IMG/VR virus record: IMGVR_UViG_3300012665_000361 | Coordinates: 1-27,672 of that record | Direction: 5' to 3' (one strand) | From: a virus | Taxonomy: Duplodnaviria; Caudoviricetes | Length of the DNA stretch: 27,672 nucleotides | In this document: positions 6,596-14,723 of the stretch, piece by piece | How positions within the stretch are numbered: the first letter of the stretch is position 1 | Layout of the letters: each line of letters begins with the position of its first letter | The notes under the pieces: generated by a model | What the model saw: the letters and a program-made list of their open reading frames with translations, nothing else | Told to the model about the DNA's origin: nothing | The model's database searches: none | Program-made: the position numbers and the translations under genes

Positions 6596-6942
6596 TCTGT
6601 TGGCCATTTACCTTTCAGTACGAGTATGGAAATAATAGCATAGTTTGCTAAATCTCTAAAGGAATCCTCAAGGGATTCGTGTGCTGGTGTGTCGTGACGA
6701 TTGCTGTCTAGCAAGTGATTGATGCGAGCCAACTTGTCATGCATACGTACACGTAATCCATTGAGAGGACCACCAGGGGCTAGAGAAATGTTTGTCGGAC
6801 CATAGTCACGATGCTTAGATAGCAGTAGATTATTCAACTCATCTGAGACTGCCCACACCTCTAACTCTAGGTCATTAGGTTCATGCTCATCCATATCAGA
6901 CACGTTAAAACCATTGTACAGCACTGCTTTTACGGCACCCAT
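6592..6942 (-). CDS. Nucleotide-modification-associated domain 1 (Nmad1/DUF1599-like) protein
   Basis: K..DYG....RM.DK.AR......ES..DS..DLANYAII motif; start uncertain (6942 or 6957). Confidence 0.75.
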   Translation of the reverse strand: MGAVKAVLYNGFNVSDMDEHEPNDLELEVWAVSDELNNLLLSKHRDYGPTNISLAPGGPLNGLRVRMHDKLARINHLLDSNRHDTPAHESLEDSFRDLANYAIISILVLKGKWPTE

Positions 6943-6943
6943 C

Positions 6944-7297
6944 TCAGTCTTTTCCATTCTCTCGTAGCATCCTCTCGATGTTTCTAATTCCCATATCTGC
7001 TTCGTCAGCCACAATGGACTCCTCAATGAAGTCATCTAGTTCATCACTAGAAGCGTTGACGAAAAGGAAAGCGGTATCTTGTATGATTTGATATGCATCT
7101 TCAAGGTCTCCATGATTGACTGCATCAGAGATGACTTGAAGGAACTGGAATAAATCAAATGAGTGCTTAGGTGTGACCCTTACATCCCATGTGAACTCAA
7201 CGCCACAGTGGTCAAGGAAGTCAAACAAGTCAGTAGCATCGTACTCACAGCCTGCTGTCTCACAGTGGAGCAGCCCATCCTTATCAGGAAACAACAT
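6944..7297 (-). CDS. Acidic hypothetical protein, possible Zn site (C-x4-C...H)
   Basis: ORF fills the gap in the operon; probable start MLFPD at 7297. Confidence 0.65.
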   Translation of the reverse strand: MLFPDKDGLLHCETAGCEYDATDLFDFLDHCGVEFTWDVRVTPKHSFDLFQFLQVISDAVNHGDLEDAYQIIQDTAFLFVNASSDELDDFIEESIVADEADMGIRNIERMLRENGKD

Positions 7298-7919
7298 CGA
7301 TAACACTTCCAATCTTTTGTTGAAAGAATTCTACACCATGTTTGAGATACATGCTGTTTACATCCTCGCCATCAGGCATCTGTACTATCACTAGGTTAGA
7401 CAGTTCTTTAGCAAGATGCTTAGAGAAATCAGTACCGGCGCTATCACCATCAGCGAAAAGAAAAACTTTTTCGAAATCTTGCAGAAGGCGTGTGTAATGT
7501 TTCTTCCAGTTGTTGACTCCGGGCACGCCCACCGAAGGTATACCACAAGCCATATCAAGCGTAATCGTGTCAATCTCACCCTCACAGATAGAAATATATG
7601 AGGAGGCTCGGAAGAACGCACCCACGTTGTAAAGATGCGTGGTCGCGCCTGTGAGACCCATGTACTTTGGCTCTGATAAGTCCATCGAACGGAATCTAAG
7701 GTCAACCACCCCCGAGCGTGTGATGTACGGAATTGCAAGTCTATTGGTGTAGTTTTCATGACCCGTCAACGGCTCTAGCACGACGCCCAATCGAGCGCGA
7801 GTTGCCTGCTCTAGAGTTATTCCCCGTTCTGCGAGATAGTCCTCCGCCTCGTGTAGAGCGCTGTGGTAGAACTTTGCCGCTTTGGTTAAAGATTCTCTCT
7901 GCGATATTGATTGCTTCAC
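7284..7919 (-). CDS. DNA primase catalytic (TOPRIM) subunit
   Basis: YL..RGI, RL.IPY, PKY, ICEGEID, FADGDSAG and DVN motifs; GAAGGAG 9 nt before GTG 7919. Confidence 0.9.
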   Translation of the reverse strand: MKQSISQRESLTKAAKFYHSALHEAEDYLAERGITLEQATRARLGVVLEPLTGHENYTNRLAIPYITRSGVVDLRFRSMDLSEPKYMGLTGATTHLYNVGAFFRASSYISICEGEIDTITLDMACGIPSVGVPGVNNWKKHYTRLLQDFEKVFLFADGDSAGTDFSKHLAKELSNLVIVQMPDGEDVNSMYLKHGVEFFQQKIGSVIDVVS

Positions 7920-8130
7920 GAAATTCAACTCCTTCTTTCTGCATAATTATAGCATACCCATCGCCCTTCATCTGGCAAGCGAAGCAGCAGAAAGCATTGT
8001 CGTCCCTAGTTGCTGATGCAGATGCGTGACTATCATTGTGAAACGGGCACTTCATTCCAAACCAACCACGTCGAGTCGGAACGTTAGCGCCATAATATTC
8101 TAAAATAACTGCGATATCGGGTTTATCATA
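7756..8130 (-). CDS. DNA primase zinc-binding (CHC2) subunit
   Basis: CPFH.D...S........F.CFAC..KGD.....EGV.F.EA. The ORF track starts it at GTG 8136 (GTGA-type junction region); exact start uncertain. Confidence 0.85.
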   Translation of the reverse strand, partial: YDKPDIAVILEYYGANVPTRRGWFGMKCPFHNDSHASASATRDDNAFCCFACQMKGDGYAIIMQKEGVEFREAINIAERIFNQSGKVLPQRSTRGGGLSRRTGNNSRAGNSRSIGRRARAVDGS

Positions 8131-8132
8131 TT

Positions 8133-8474
8133 TCACTTATCAAGAACCTTTCTGAGTAAATCAATCCATACATGTACAGGCATAGTAGCATACCAATCTC
8201 CAGGATTCCCCCGTCCCTTTCGCTTGTGCACTACTACGCCTGTCCACGCCTTGTCGTTAGTCATCTCGACTATCAACTCTTCTACCCAGCCAGCCAAATC
8301 CATCTTGGCATGGTTTTTAATCTCGATGGTAACTCCAGGAATCCCAGAGATATCACCTTTGTCGAGGGTCGCGCCAGCAAGTCTACGGTCTACATATGGA
8401 AACCATTCCTTGAGGTATTTTACTACATCTCGTTCGGCTCCTGCACCCTTAGCCTTGGCAGCGCGACCACCCAT
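8133..8474 (-). CDS. Holliday junction resolvase-like PD-(D/E)XK nuclease
   Basis: KAKG...ER.V..YL, GDI and IEIKN motifs. Confidence 0.8.
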   Translation of the reverse strand: MGGRAAKAKGAGAERDVVKYLKEWFPYVDRRLAGATLDKGDISGIPGVTIEIKNHAKMDLAGWVEELIVEMTNDKAWTGVVVHKRKGRGNPGDWYATMPVHVWIDLLRKVLDK

Positions 8475-8477
8475 TAT

Positions 8478-8912
8478 TTAGTACCAGCCATTACGATTAT
8501 GGAAGGCTAATGCCCTCGATGGAGTTCCGTAACGGTGTTGGATATATTGCAATCCTAATTCAATCTGACGTGCCATAGGAGTTTTCTCATCCATGTTTAA
8601 CATCTGAGGTATTCCGTAGGCGGTTGAGCGAGGGTTGTCTGCTGTATAATCCCAGCGAGATTCCCTATGCCACAAGGTGAAGAGTGCTCTCCACTCGTAT
8701 TCACTTTTGTATATTGCAAGCGTTTCTTGTCTGCCAATCTTCTTGGCAAGTTTCTTCATATCTCTAAGAGATACAAACTGCAAGTTCTTGCAACTATCGG
8801 TTGCTCCAATAACCACTGCTTGACTCTTCTGGAACATCGCACCCACAGCGTGAGGCAAGGTTCCCACAAAGACTACAGCAGCCATTATCCAAGCGTATGT
8901 TGTCAGTTTCAT
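8478..8912 (-). CDS. Secreted lytic transglycosylase (SLT/lysozyme-like)
   Basis: N-terminal hydrophobic signal; ESRW...A.NP.STAYGIPQ, QI..GL.YI..RYGTP..A and C-terminal GWY. Confidence 0.85.
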   Translation of the reverse strand: MKLTTYAWIMAAVVFVGTLPHAVGAMFQKSQAVVIGATDSCKNLQFVSLRDMKKLAKKIGRQETLAIYKSEYEWRALFTLWHRESRWDYTADNPRSTAYGIPQMLNMDEKTPMARQIELGLQYIQHRYGTPSRALAFHNRNGWY

Positions 8913-8914
8913 TA

Positions 8915-9121
8915 TTACTCCTCAATTGGCGCGGTTGCCTGTGTTCCACAGTCAGCACACTCCATATCTAGAAAATACATGCTGATAGCACCATACTCAT
9001 CGAATGATACTTTCAGGTTCCATATGAAACTCCCACAAATGCACACAGTGGTAGGTTCACCACGTATGTCCATCGCCCTTGTATAATCTGGTCTTAGTTC
9101 TGTTATATGTTTAGTCATCAT
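8915..9121 (-). CDS. Small zinc-ribbon protein
   Basis: C.CGS and CADCGT. Confidence 0.7.
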   Translation of the reverse strand: MMTKHITELRPDYTRAMDIRGEPTTVCICGSFIWNLKVSFDEYGAISMYFLDMECADCGTQATAPIEE

Positions 9122-9200
9122 CTTCCCACTCGTCTGGGTCTACTGTAGTAGTAGGAAGTCCCCAGTCGGGGATTGGGACGATGGGTTCAAATATACTCAT
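9111..9200 (-). CDS. Small acidic peptide (29 aa)
   Basis: ATGA overlap with the helicase stop; MSIFEPIVPIPDWGLPTTTVDPDEWEDDD fills the gap. Confidence 0.5.
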   Translation of the reverse strand: MSIFEPIVPIPDWGLPTTTVDPDEWEDDD

Positions 9201-9988
9201 ATTAACCTTTCAGCGATGTCAGAAACATCCATATATTCGGGGTTAAAATTAAGCCAATAGGCAGTGTTGCCTGATGGGTCTGCCTTACCATACCGATTCT
9301 TCACTGGTGCTATGGCGATAAAGCCGGGAGCATCAGTACCCACGGTACAAATAAGAGCAGGTAACTGTGCAACCATGCCCTGCAAAGCAGAGCGTGGCTG
9401 ACACGGTGTACCTGTGTAGGACTCCTTCGTATGATGAAGTACTACAACAGCAGCGTTGGTATCTCTTGCGAGGTACTTTAGTTCTTTTAGAGTTGAGCGC
9501 ATGTTTGCAAACTCTTCTCCGCCATCGTTAGCAATATCCATAAGGTTATCAATAACAATGAGAGTCGGCGAACAGCCCCACAACTCCTCGAAAGCAGATA
9601 CTTCTTGGTCAAGGTCATCAAGCGTTGGGCTTGACTCGAATGACCAGAAGATATGCCCCGAGTTCTCGTTAATGGTCTTACGACTACCAGCAACATCAGT
9701 CTCCAGCATGTGTTCTGCATCGGACTGAGGCTTGCCAGTAATCATAGACAGCAGGCGCATAGCCATAGTGTGAGCATTGGTATCAGCACTCACGTATAGT
9801 GTTGGAACCTTGGCACGAAGCGCAAGGGCTAAAGCAACGGAAGACTTGCCAGCACCGGGAGTACCAGCAATCATCGAAATTTCGGCACGTCGAAATACGA
9901 TTTTGTTAATATCAAAGGTACGAAAGACAGTTGGAAGCGGTTCGCCACCAATGTCCTTTGTACCTACGGCGCGGGCAAGTGTTCTCAT
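9197..9988 (-). CDS. DnaB-like (RecA-fold) helicase, C-terminal domain only
   Basis: Walker A GTPGAGKS, Walker B LIVIDNL, VVVLHH and KNRYG. Confidence 0.88.
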   Translation of the reverse strand: MRTLARAVGTKDIGGEPLPTVFRTFDINKIVFRRAEISMIAGTPGAGKSSVALALALRAKVPTLYVSADTNAHTMAMRLLSMITGKPQSDAEHMLETDVAGSRKTINENSGHIFWSFESSPTLDDLDQEVSAFEELWGCSPTLIVIDNLMDIANDGGEEFANMRSTLKELKYLARDTNAAVVVLHHTKESYTGTPCQPRSALQGMVAQLPALICTVGTDAPGFIAIAPVKNRYGKADPSGNTAYWLNFNPEYMDVSDIAERLI

Positions 9989-9991
9989 TGT

Positions 9992-10417
9992 TTAGAAACT
10001 ATTCCATTCTGCATCGCCACGGCGAAGCCATACTGGTTCACACTGGTCAGGAGTTCCCTTTGGTGAAGGGCACATATATGCCTTCCAAGGACCCTTAGCA
10101 CCAGAGCCTGTACGCTGTGACATTACACCATGCTTACAGGACTTGCCAGTTGGACCTACAGTTGATGCAGTTTGTGTTGGATGAGCAGTGTGGTCCACTG
10201 TAGCGTTAGGAAACGCTGCACGGATATTCTCTGCTGCTTGTGAGAGATTAGCAGGTGCGCCACCTAGTGACTTACCCATCTCTGCTAGTAGGTCTTGTGA
10301 TTCTGTCACACCGACCACTGATTCAAGTGCCTCACAGAATCCTGCGTAAGTCTCATGTGCGACTACGAAGATTCTGCCGTCAGGCAACTTGCTACTGACT
10401 TGGAAATTACCAGTCAT
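9992..10417 (-). CDS. Actinophage-type hypothetical protein with C-terminal Zn-finger-like motif
   Basis: CKHG.M..R.G....GPWKAYMCP.PK....QC..VW; AAGGAG RBS. Confidence 0.75.
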   Translation of the reverse strand: MTGNFQVSSKLPDGRIFVVAHETYAGFCEALESVVGVTESQDLLAEMGKSLGGAPANLSQAAENIRAAFPNATVDHTAHPTQTASTVGPTGKSCKHGVMSQRTGSGAKGPWKAYMCPSPKGTPDQCEPVWLRRGDAEWNSF

Positions 10418-10527
10418 TAGTCTTTCTCCTTTTCTTGTTCATGGTTGAACCCTATGTTGTCCCAAGCATCTACCATATCATCGATACTGCGAAGTATCGG
10501 TACGATGCTGCTAAGAAACGTGTCCAT
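10417..10527 (-). CDS. Small hypothetical protein (36 aa)
   Basis: MDTFLSSIVPILRSIDDMVDAWDNIGFNHEQEKEKD; TAATG coupling to the next gene. Confidence 0.55.
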   Translation of the reverse strand: MDTFLSSIVPILRSIDDMVDAWDNIGFNHEQEKEKD

Positions 10528-11251
10528 TGACATACTTGCAGGATGATACTACACCACATCGACCACAGTTGGACAAGTTAGGCAGGAAGATAGTTTCTTT
10601 CCTAGCCTTATCAAAAGTATTGAGGATATCCTCTACGCGTTCAGGGTGCAGGTTGTCAAGGCTCCATAGAGTCACATGACCAGTACGTGCATCCCAGAAG
10701 CCCGCTCTGGAAACGGAAATCCCTTGCTTCTGCAGAGCCCACGCATAGACTGCTAGTTGCAAAGGATGCCTCTGGGATGACGCACCTGTTTTGATATCGA
10801 GGAGCACCCGATTCCCCTCGAAGTCGACCATAACGCGGTCAATTGCCATCTTGACTGTCGCGTCATCTATCTCTATCTCGTACTGCTTTTCAATAAAATC
10901 TTCATAGATAGACCAGTTCTTGCGGAACTCAATCCACTTCTCTAGCATCCAGATGCCCTCACCATACCACCAAGACATGTCTTCTTTCTTGGCATACTGC
11001 CAGTGTTGCATGTCTCCGTGCAGTGCTTCGTCCTCGGCTACTTGGTCAAACCAGACCTTGTTCCAGATGCTCTCGGCATCTCCGCCTTCAATGTCATAAA
11101 CTTCTGTGGCTTTATGCACGGCAGTACCGCCAGTGAACCACACAGCATGAGGTTCTGAAACGCCCTCAATCTTAGTTAGGTAATACTTCCAACCACATTC
11201 TTGCCATGTGTTGAAAGAGGAATATGAAATATGCTTAGGTAATTCGTTCAT
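10511..11251 (-). CDS. RecB/Cas4-like PD-(D/E)XK exonuclease
   Basis: ISYS......C..KY, GTAVH, IDRV, DIKTG, QL.VYA and terminal C..C.....C (1+3 Cys); start moved to ATG 11251. Confidence 0.9.
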   Translation of the reverse strand: MNELPKHISYSSFNTWQECGWKYYLTKIEGVSEPHAVWFTGGTAVHKATEVYDIEGGDAESIWNKVWFDQVAEDEALHGDMQHWQYAKKEDMSWWYGEGIWMLEKWIEFRKNWSIYEDFIEKQYEIEIDDATVKMAIDRVMVDFEGNRVLLDIKTGASSQRHPLQLAVYAWALQKQGISVSRAGFWDARTGHVTLWSLDNLHPERVEDILNTFDKARKETIFLPNLSNCGRCGVVSSCKYVNGHVS

Positions 11252-11257
11252 GAAAGC

Positions 11258-11268
11258 AGTGTAACACA
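11258..11268 (-). promoter_or_regulatory. Extended -10 promoter for a leaderless replication transcript
   Basis: Minus strand TGTG-T-TACACT, 6 nt, then ATG 11251; no RBS. Confidence 0.65.
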
Positions 11269-11300
11269 CTCACTTTAACCCCGCTTGTTATACGACACGG

Positions 11301-11338
11301 GTTTCTTAAATCCTGCCTGAATCCGGATTTTAAGAAAC
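11301..11338. repeat. Imperfect inverted repeat in the divergent intergenic region
   Basis: GTTTCTTAAATCC ... GGATTTTAAGAAAC with one bulge. Confidence 0.75.
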
Positions 11339-11463
11339 GCCCCCCTACCCCCCAAAAAAAAGAATTGGTGGTTCAGGGGAGCGATGCTGTACTCAGGCAT
11401 TTGCCGTCATCCATCATTTGAAGTTTCCGCCCCACGGAGTGTCCGCATGCAAACGATAACACA

Positions 11464-11474
11464 TGTGGTACGAT
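11464..11474 (+). promoter_or_regulatory. Extended -10 promoter for a leaderless transcript
   Basis: TGTG-G-TACGAT, 6 nt, then ATG 11481; no RBS. Confidence 0.65.
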
Positions 11475-11480
11475 TCCTGC

Positions 11481-11600
11481 ATGATAGATTATGATGAAGA
11501 TGACGTGACCGTATGTGACCGCTGTGGAGACACAGTAGGCACTGAAACAATAATTAAACTAGGCGAGAATATCTGCGAGATATGTTGGGACGATATGTAA
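11481..11600 (+). CDS. Small acidic zinc-finger protein (39 aa)
   Basis: MIDYDEDDVTVCDRCGDTVGTETIIKLGENICEICWDDM; TAATG coupling. Confidence 0.7.
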   Translation: MIDYDEDDVTVCDRCGDTVGTETIIKLGENICEICWDDM

Positions 11601-11776
11601 TGGCGACATACGAATACGAATGCCCCGGAGATGGTCAGATAATAACCATCACTAGGTCAATGTCGGCACCGGAAGGTGAATATGATTGCCCTATCTGTGA
11701 GGCTCCACTACGGCGTGTCTATACTGCGCCACCTGTGAAATTTAACGGCACTGGTTTCTACTCAACAGGGGGATAA
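11600..11776 (+). CDS. FmdB-family zinc-ribbon protein
   Basis: MATYEYEC...CPIC...LRRVY.APPVKFNGTGFYSTGG signature. Confidence 0.85.
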   Translation: MATYEYECPGDGQIITITRSMSAPEGEYDCPICEAPLRRVYTAPPVKFNGTGFYSTGG

Positions 11777-11777
11777 T

Positions 11778-11939
11778 ATGAAAAATTGGATTGCTGAGGG
11801 TATTCTTAACCTTGGAGAATGGCTTTTGGAAAAAGGTAATGATTTACGCAAACTTGAGTACAACAACTTCTGTGATGCTAACCTTGATTGTTTATGTGAT
11901 GACCCGTTCTGCATAGAAATGCGAACTGAAATGTTTTGA
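11778..11939 (+). CDS. Small Cys-containing hypothetical protein (53 aa)
   Basis: GGGGGA upstream; MKNWIAEG...FCDANLDCLCDDPFCIEMRTEMF. Confidence 0.6.
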   Translation: MKNWIAEGILNLGEWLLEKGNDLRKLEYNNFCDANLDCLCDDPFCIEMRTEMF

Positions 11940-11947
11940 GGCGTTGT

Positions 11948-11997
11948 AAAAACAAGAAAAACCCCCCATCTTAGTATCTCTACTAAAACAGGGGGTT
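11948..11997 (-). terminator. Terminator after the lysis cassette, between convergent genes
   Basis: Minus strand AACCCCC..TTAGTA-GAGA-TACTAA..GGGGGTT followed by a T-rich tract. Confidence 0.75.
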
Positions 11998-12011
11998 AGG
12001 GTAGGCGAAGC

Positions 12012-12200
12012 CTACTTCTTTAAGCCAAATTCCTTTGCTGACTTATCAAGATACTTAGCAGCAGGTCCAACAAAGCCAGCGATGAAAGCGTAAGCCAACA
12101 CCTTTGGGTCTGTTTCTCCTGCCATGTATAACGCTACTACTGCTGCACCTGCTGCACGAGCATAGGTGAGTCCTACTTGCTTGAGTGTGTTGATATCCAT
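12012..12200 (-). CDS. Putative holin
   Basis: 62 aa with two hydrophobic segments and a charged C-terminus; follows the endolysin; AAGGAG RBS. Confidence 0.7.
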   Translation of the reverse strand: MDINTLKQVGLTYARAAGAAVVALYMAGETDPKVLAYAFIAGFVGPAAKYLDKSAKEFGLKK

Positions 12201-12234
12201 GGTTCTCCTTTACCTAAGGTTTCTTAGCCTTTAC

Positions 12235-12747
12235 TTAAGATTTAAATACAGGCTTGCCGAATCCTACCACAGTTACGGCTTGAGAGCGGCGTAACTTGCT
12301 GCCATTCTTCTTCTTAAATGCACGGACCTTGAGACATACCTGACCACCATTACGCTGGTCGCCCTTCTTATCTGGGGCTGTATTGCCTTCTAGGCAGGTG
12401 ACTGTTCCATCTCCGTTGTCCTTGACAACAATCCCAACATGTGAGATTCGGTCTAACCCATCATTTGGGAAGTCCATGAAACAGATATCTCCTGGAAGTG
12501 GTGTTGCTGTGTCGCTAGCAATCTCCCACTGACCCTTCTTCTCGAAAGCCTTAGCACCGACGACAGTAGAGACGACTGAAGGAATCTTCAGCCCTACTTC
12601 GTTAGCACACCAGTTTACGAATGAGCCACACCAAGGCAAGAAGTTAGCCTTTGTGAATGCTCCGTACTTGGTCTCGTTATCCTTAGGACCTTCGATTACT
12701 CCAAGTTCCCCTTTAGCAACTGCAATAAAATCTGCACGTTGTCCCAT
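12235..12747 (-). CDS. Endolysin, CHAP-domain amidase/peptidase
   Basis: PWC..FV.W, PGDI, HVGIV and EGNT. Confidence 0.9.
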   Translation of the reverse strand: MGQRADFIAVAKGELGVIEGPKDNETKYGAFTKANFLPWCGSFVNWCANEVGLKIPSVVSTVVGAKAFEKKGQWEIASDTATPLPGDICFMDFPNDGLDRISHVGIVVKDNGDGTVTCLEGNTAPDKKGDQRNGGQVCLKVRAFKKKNGSKLRRSQAVTVVGFGKPVFKS

Positions 12748-12989
12748 TATTCACTCGCTTTCTTGTCAACCTTGGCAAAGGCTGCATTGATTTCTTCTGC
12801 TGTCAGACTTCCGTCTGCTAGATAGAAGCGGGCTAGGGCTTCAAGTACTCGTGCTGCACCAAGTGCACCAGCGAGAGTTGCTGCCTGCCATACTTCAATT
12901 CCTACTAGGGAACCTGCCCCAATAACTCCAAGAGATTCTGCTGCGATTACAGCAAAAATTCTCATGAGTACGTTCTTTAATGTATCCAT
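12747..12989 (-). CDS. Membrane protein (holin-like)
   Basis: Two hydrophobic helices; TAATG couplings on both sides. Confidence 0.75.
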   Translation of the reverse strand: MDTLKNVLMRIFAVIAAESLGVIGAGSLVGIEVWQAATLAGALGAARVLEALARFYLADGSLTAEEINAAFAKVDKKASE

Positions 12990-13102
12990 TATTCGTCATC
13001 CTTTGTAAAGAAAATTATTGCCTCTGCTAATAGCCAAGAGACTGCAGCAAGAGCGAGTAGGGTTGTAGCGACCATCAGACCTAATTTGACAGTAGGGTCC
13101 AT
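12989..13102 (-). CDS. Small single-pass membrane protein (37 aa)
   Basis: MDPTVKLGLMVATTLLALAAVSWLLAEAIIFFTKDDE; coupled at both ends. Confidence 0.7.
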   Translation of the reverse strand: MDPTVKLGLMVATTLLALAAVSWLLAEAIIFFTKDDE

Positions 13103-13272
13103 CATTCGTCTTTCGGGTTGCGTAGTTTGAAGGTGACTGCCCAGATAACTGTTGAGCCTACAATTGCGTAGCCAACGATTGTCTTGGCAGAACCATCAAG
13201 GACTACCCAGGCAATAAACATGCCCAGGAGAGTCCAAAGTTGATTTGCTATGTCTGAAAAGAAGTTCTTCAT
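13102..13272 (-). CDS. Small two-pass membrane protein (56 aa)
   Basis: GGAGG RBS and ATGA overlap; MKNFFSDIANQLWTLLGMFIAWVVLDGSAKTIVGYAIVGSTVIWAVTFKLRNPKDE. Confidence 0.75.
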   Translation of the reverse strand: MKNFFSDIANQLWTLLGMFIAWVVLDGSAKTIVGYAIVGSTVIWAVTFKLRNPKDE

Positions 13273-14723
13273 GGATTCCTCCGATACGTGGCGGCTGCAC
13301 TAGCAGCGGTTACTGCGGCTTGAGCCGCGATTTGTCCCACGATAACTGCAGCGACGATTGTCTTTTCAGATTCTGCACGTTCTTCGGGGCTCATGTCAGC
13401 ACCAATGCTTCCTAATGCTAGGAGTGCTTGGGCTGGGTCTGTAAAGATTGCATTAAGAAGTTCCGCAGGATTCTCCAGAACTAACAATGCAGCAGCAACT
13501 TCTGCTGTAATAACTACTTCGTTTCCGTTCTCATCTTGACGAACTTCAACTGGTGTTTCGGGTGGTAAATCTGAATAGGTCAAACCAGCGTCAACAATTG
13601 CTTGTGCAGTTACTGGCTCGTCGCCTGCTGCTTCAATGATTGCCTGTGCTACAATTGCTTTTTCTTCATCAGTAGCATTCTTATCAGCAACAGGAGGTTC
13701 ATCTTGCGGTATTGGTTCTTCTACTGGAGGGTTAGGCTCTGGGGCAATATCCTCCACAGGTACTGGCGCTTCCGCTGGTGGCTCTTCCTCAGGAAGTGGC
13801 GGTAATGGAGCGACATCTACGATTGGTTCCTCCGCTGGAGCAGGAGGCTCTTCCGCTGGAGCCGGTGGCTCCTCAGGTAAAGTCTCTGGTTCCGGTGCGG
13901 GTTCGGGCGCTGGTTCAGCAACTGGCTCTGGCGGAGCAACTGGCTCTGGACTTGGAGCGGGAACTGGTTCAGGGGCTGGAGCAGGGGCTTCAACTGCCAC
14001 AGGTGCTGGTTGAGGACTTGGTTCTGGTGCGGGCTGAGGCGCAGGACTTGGTTGGGGTGCTGGCTCGGGTTGCGATTCTTGCACGGGTACTGGAGCAGGA
14101 GTAGGCTCAGGTTCCACCGCAGGAGGCGTTGGAGGGGTCACAGGGACGTTTACAGGCTCCTGTGGTACACTTGGCTCACTAACTACTGTAGTCGTATCTA
14201 AAACCGTGGAGGTGTCAGATGGAGTTGCTAATACTGTTGGGGTTTCTACTGGGCTGGGCGACGTGCTGGATTCAACAGTCGCGGTACTTGAATCAGGTAC
14301 AGGAGAGGTCGACGGAGACGGCGAAGGGCTTGACGAAGCAGTTGCACTCTCACTTGGAGACGGTTGCGGTTCAGGAGATGGAGATTCTGAAACTGTCGGA
14401 GAAGGTGTTGGCTCAGGAGCGGGAGTTGGACTCACTCCGTTATAAAATCTAAGCGGTCCATCAGGGACTGATGTAGATACGAATATTGAATATCCATCAG
14501 GTGCGTGACCACCCTCACAGAATAAACGAGCAATATCACCCTTACCATTAAAGTAAGCGTTGCTGTTATCCCACTGTACATTGAAGGCTCGCTGGGTTCC
14601 ATCATTTTTAGCACAAGTAATAGTTGCAGGACCTGTGCTCACAGCCACTGCTGAGGGACTCATAAAAAATGAGGTCCCAAATAAGATAAAGAGTACGGCT
14701 AGTTTACTTGCTTTCTTTCTCAC
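13269..14723 (-). CDS. Secreted or surface-anchored Pro/Ser/Glu-rich protein
   Basis: Signal-like RKK-hydrophobic-AVA (probable GTG 14723), small 2-Cys domain, about 245-aa PS/PE/PA linker, acidic domain and C-terminal hydrophobic stretch followed by RR. Confidence 0.8.
   Translation of the reverse strand: MRKKASKLAVLFILFGTSFFMSPSAVAVSTGPATITCAKNDGTQRAFNVQWDNSNAYFNGKGDIARLFCEGGHAPDGYSIFVSTSVPDGPLRFYNGVSPTPAPEPTPSPTVSESPSPEPQPSPSESATASSSPSPSPSTSPVPDSSTATVESSTSPSPVETPTVLATPSDTSTVLDTTTVVSEPSVPQEPVNVPVTPPTPPAVEPEPTPAPVPVQESQPEPAPQPSPAPQPAPEPSPQPAPVAVEAPAPAPEPVPAPSPEPVAPPEPVAEPAPEPAPEPETLPEEPPAPAEEPPAPAEEPIVDVAPLPPLPEEEPPAEAPVPVEDIAPEPNPPVEEPIPQDEPPVADKNATDEEKAIVAQAIIEAAGDEPVTAQAIVDAGLTYSDLPPETPVEVRQDENGNEVVITAEVAAALLVLENPAELLNAIFTDPAQALLALGSIGADMSPEERAESEKTIVAAVIVGQIAAQAAVTAASAAATYRRNP

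Noticed and set aside
4675-10181. GTTTGTGTTGG copies at 4675 and 10170 matching the iteron-like core
   Set aside because: Both are isolated and encode PTQT in minus-strand genes; cannot be distinguished from coincidence.
10511-11251. Cas4-like nuclease as evidence of a CRISPR-Cas system
   Set aside because: Stand-alone Cas4/RecB-like nucleases are routine in phage replication modules.
13602-14452. Plus-strand Gly/Ser-rich ORFs
   Set aside because: Antisense shadows of the Pro-rich repeat gene.
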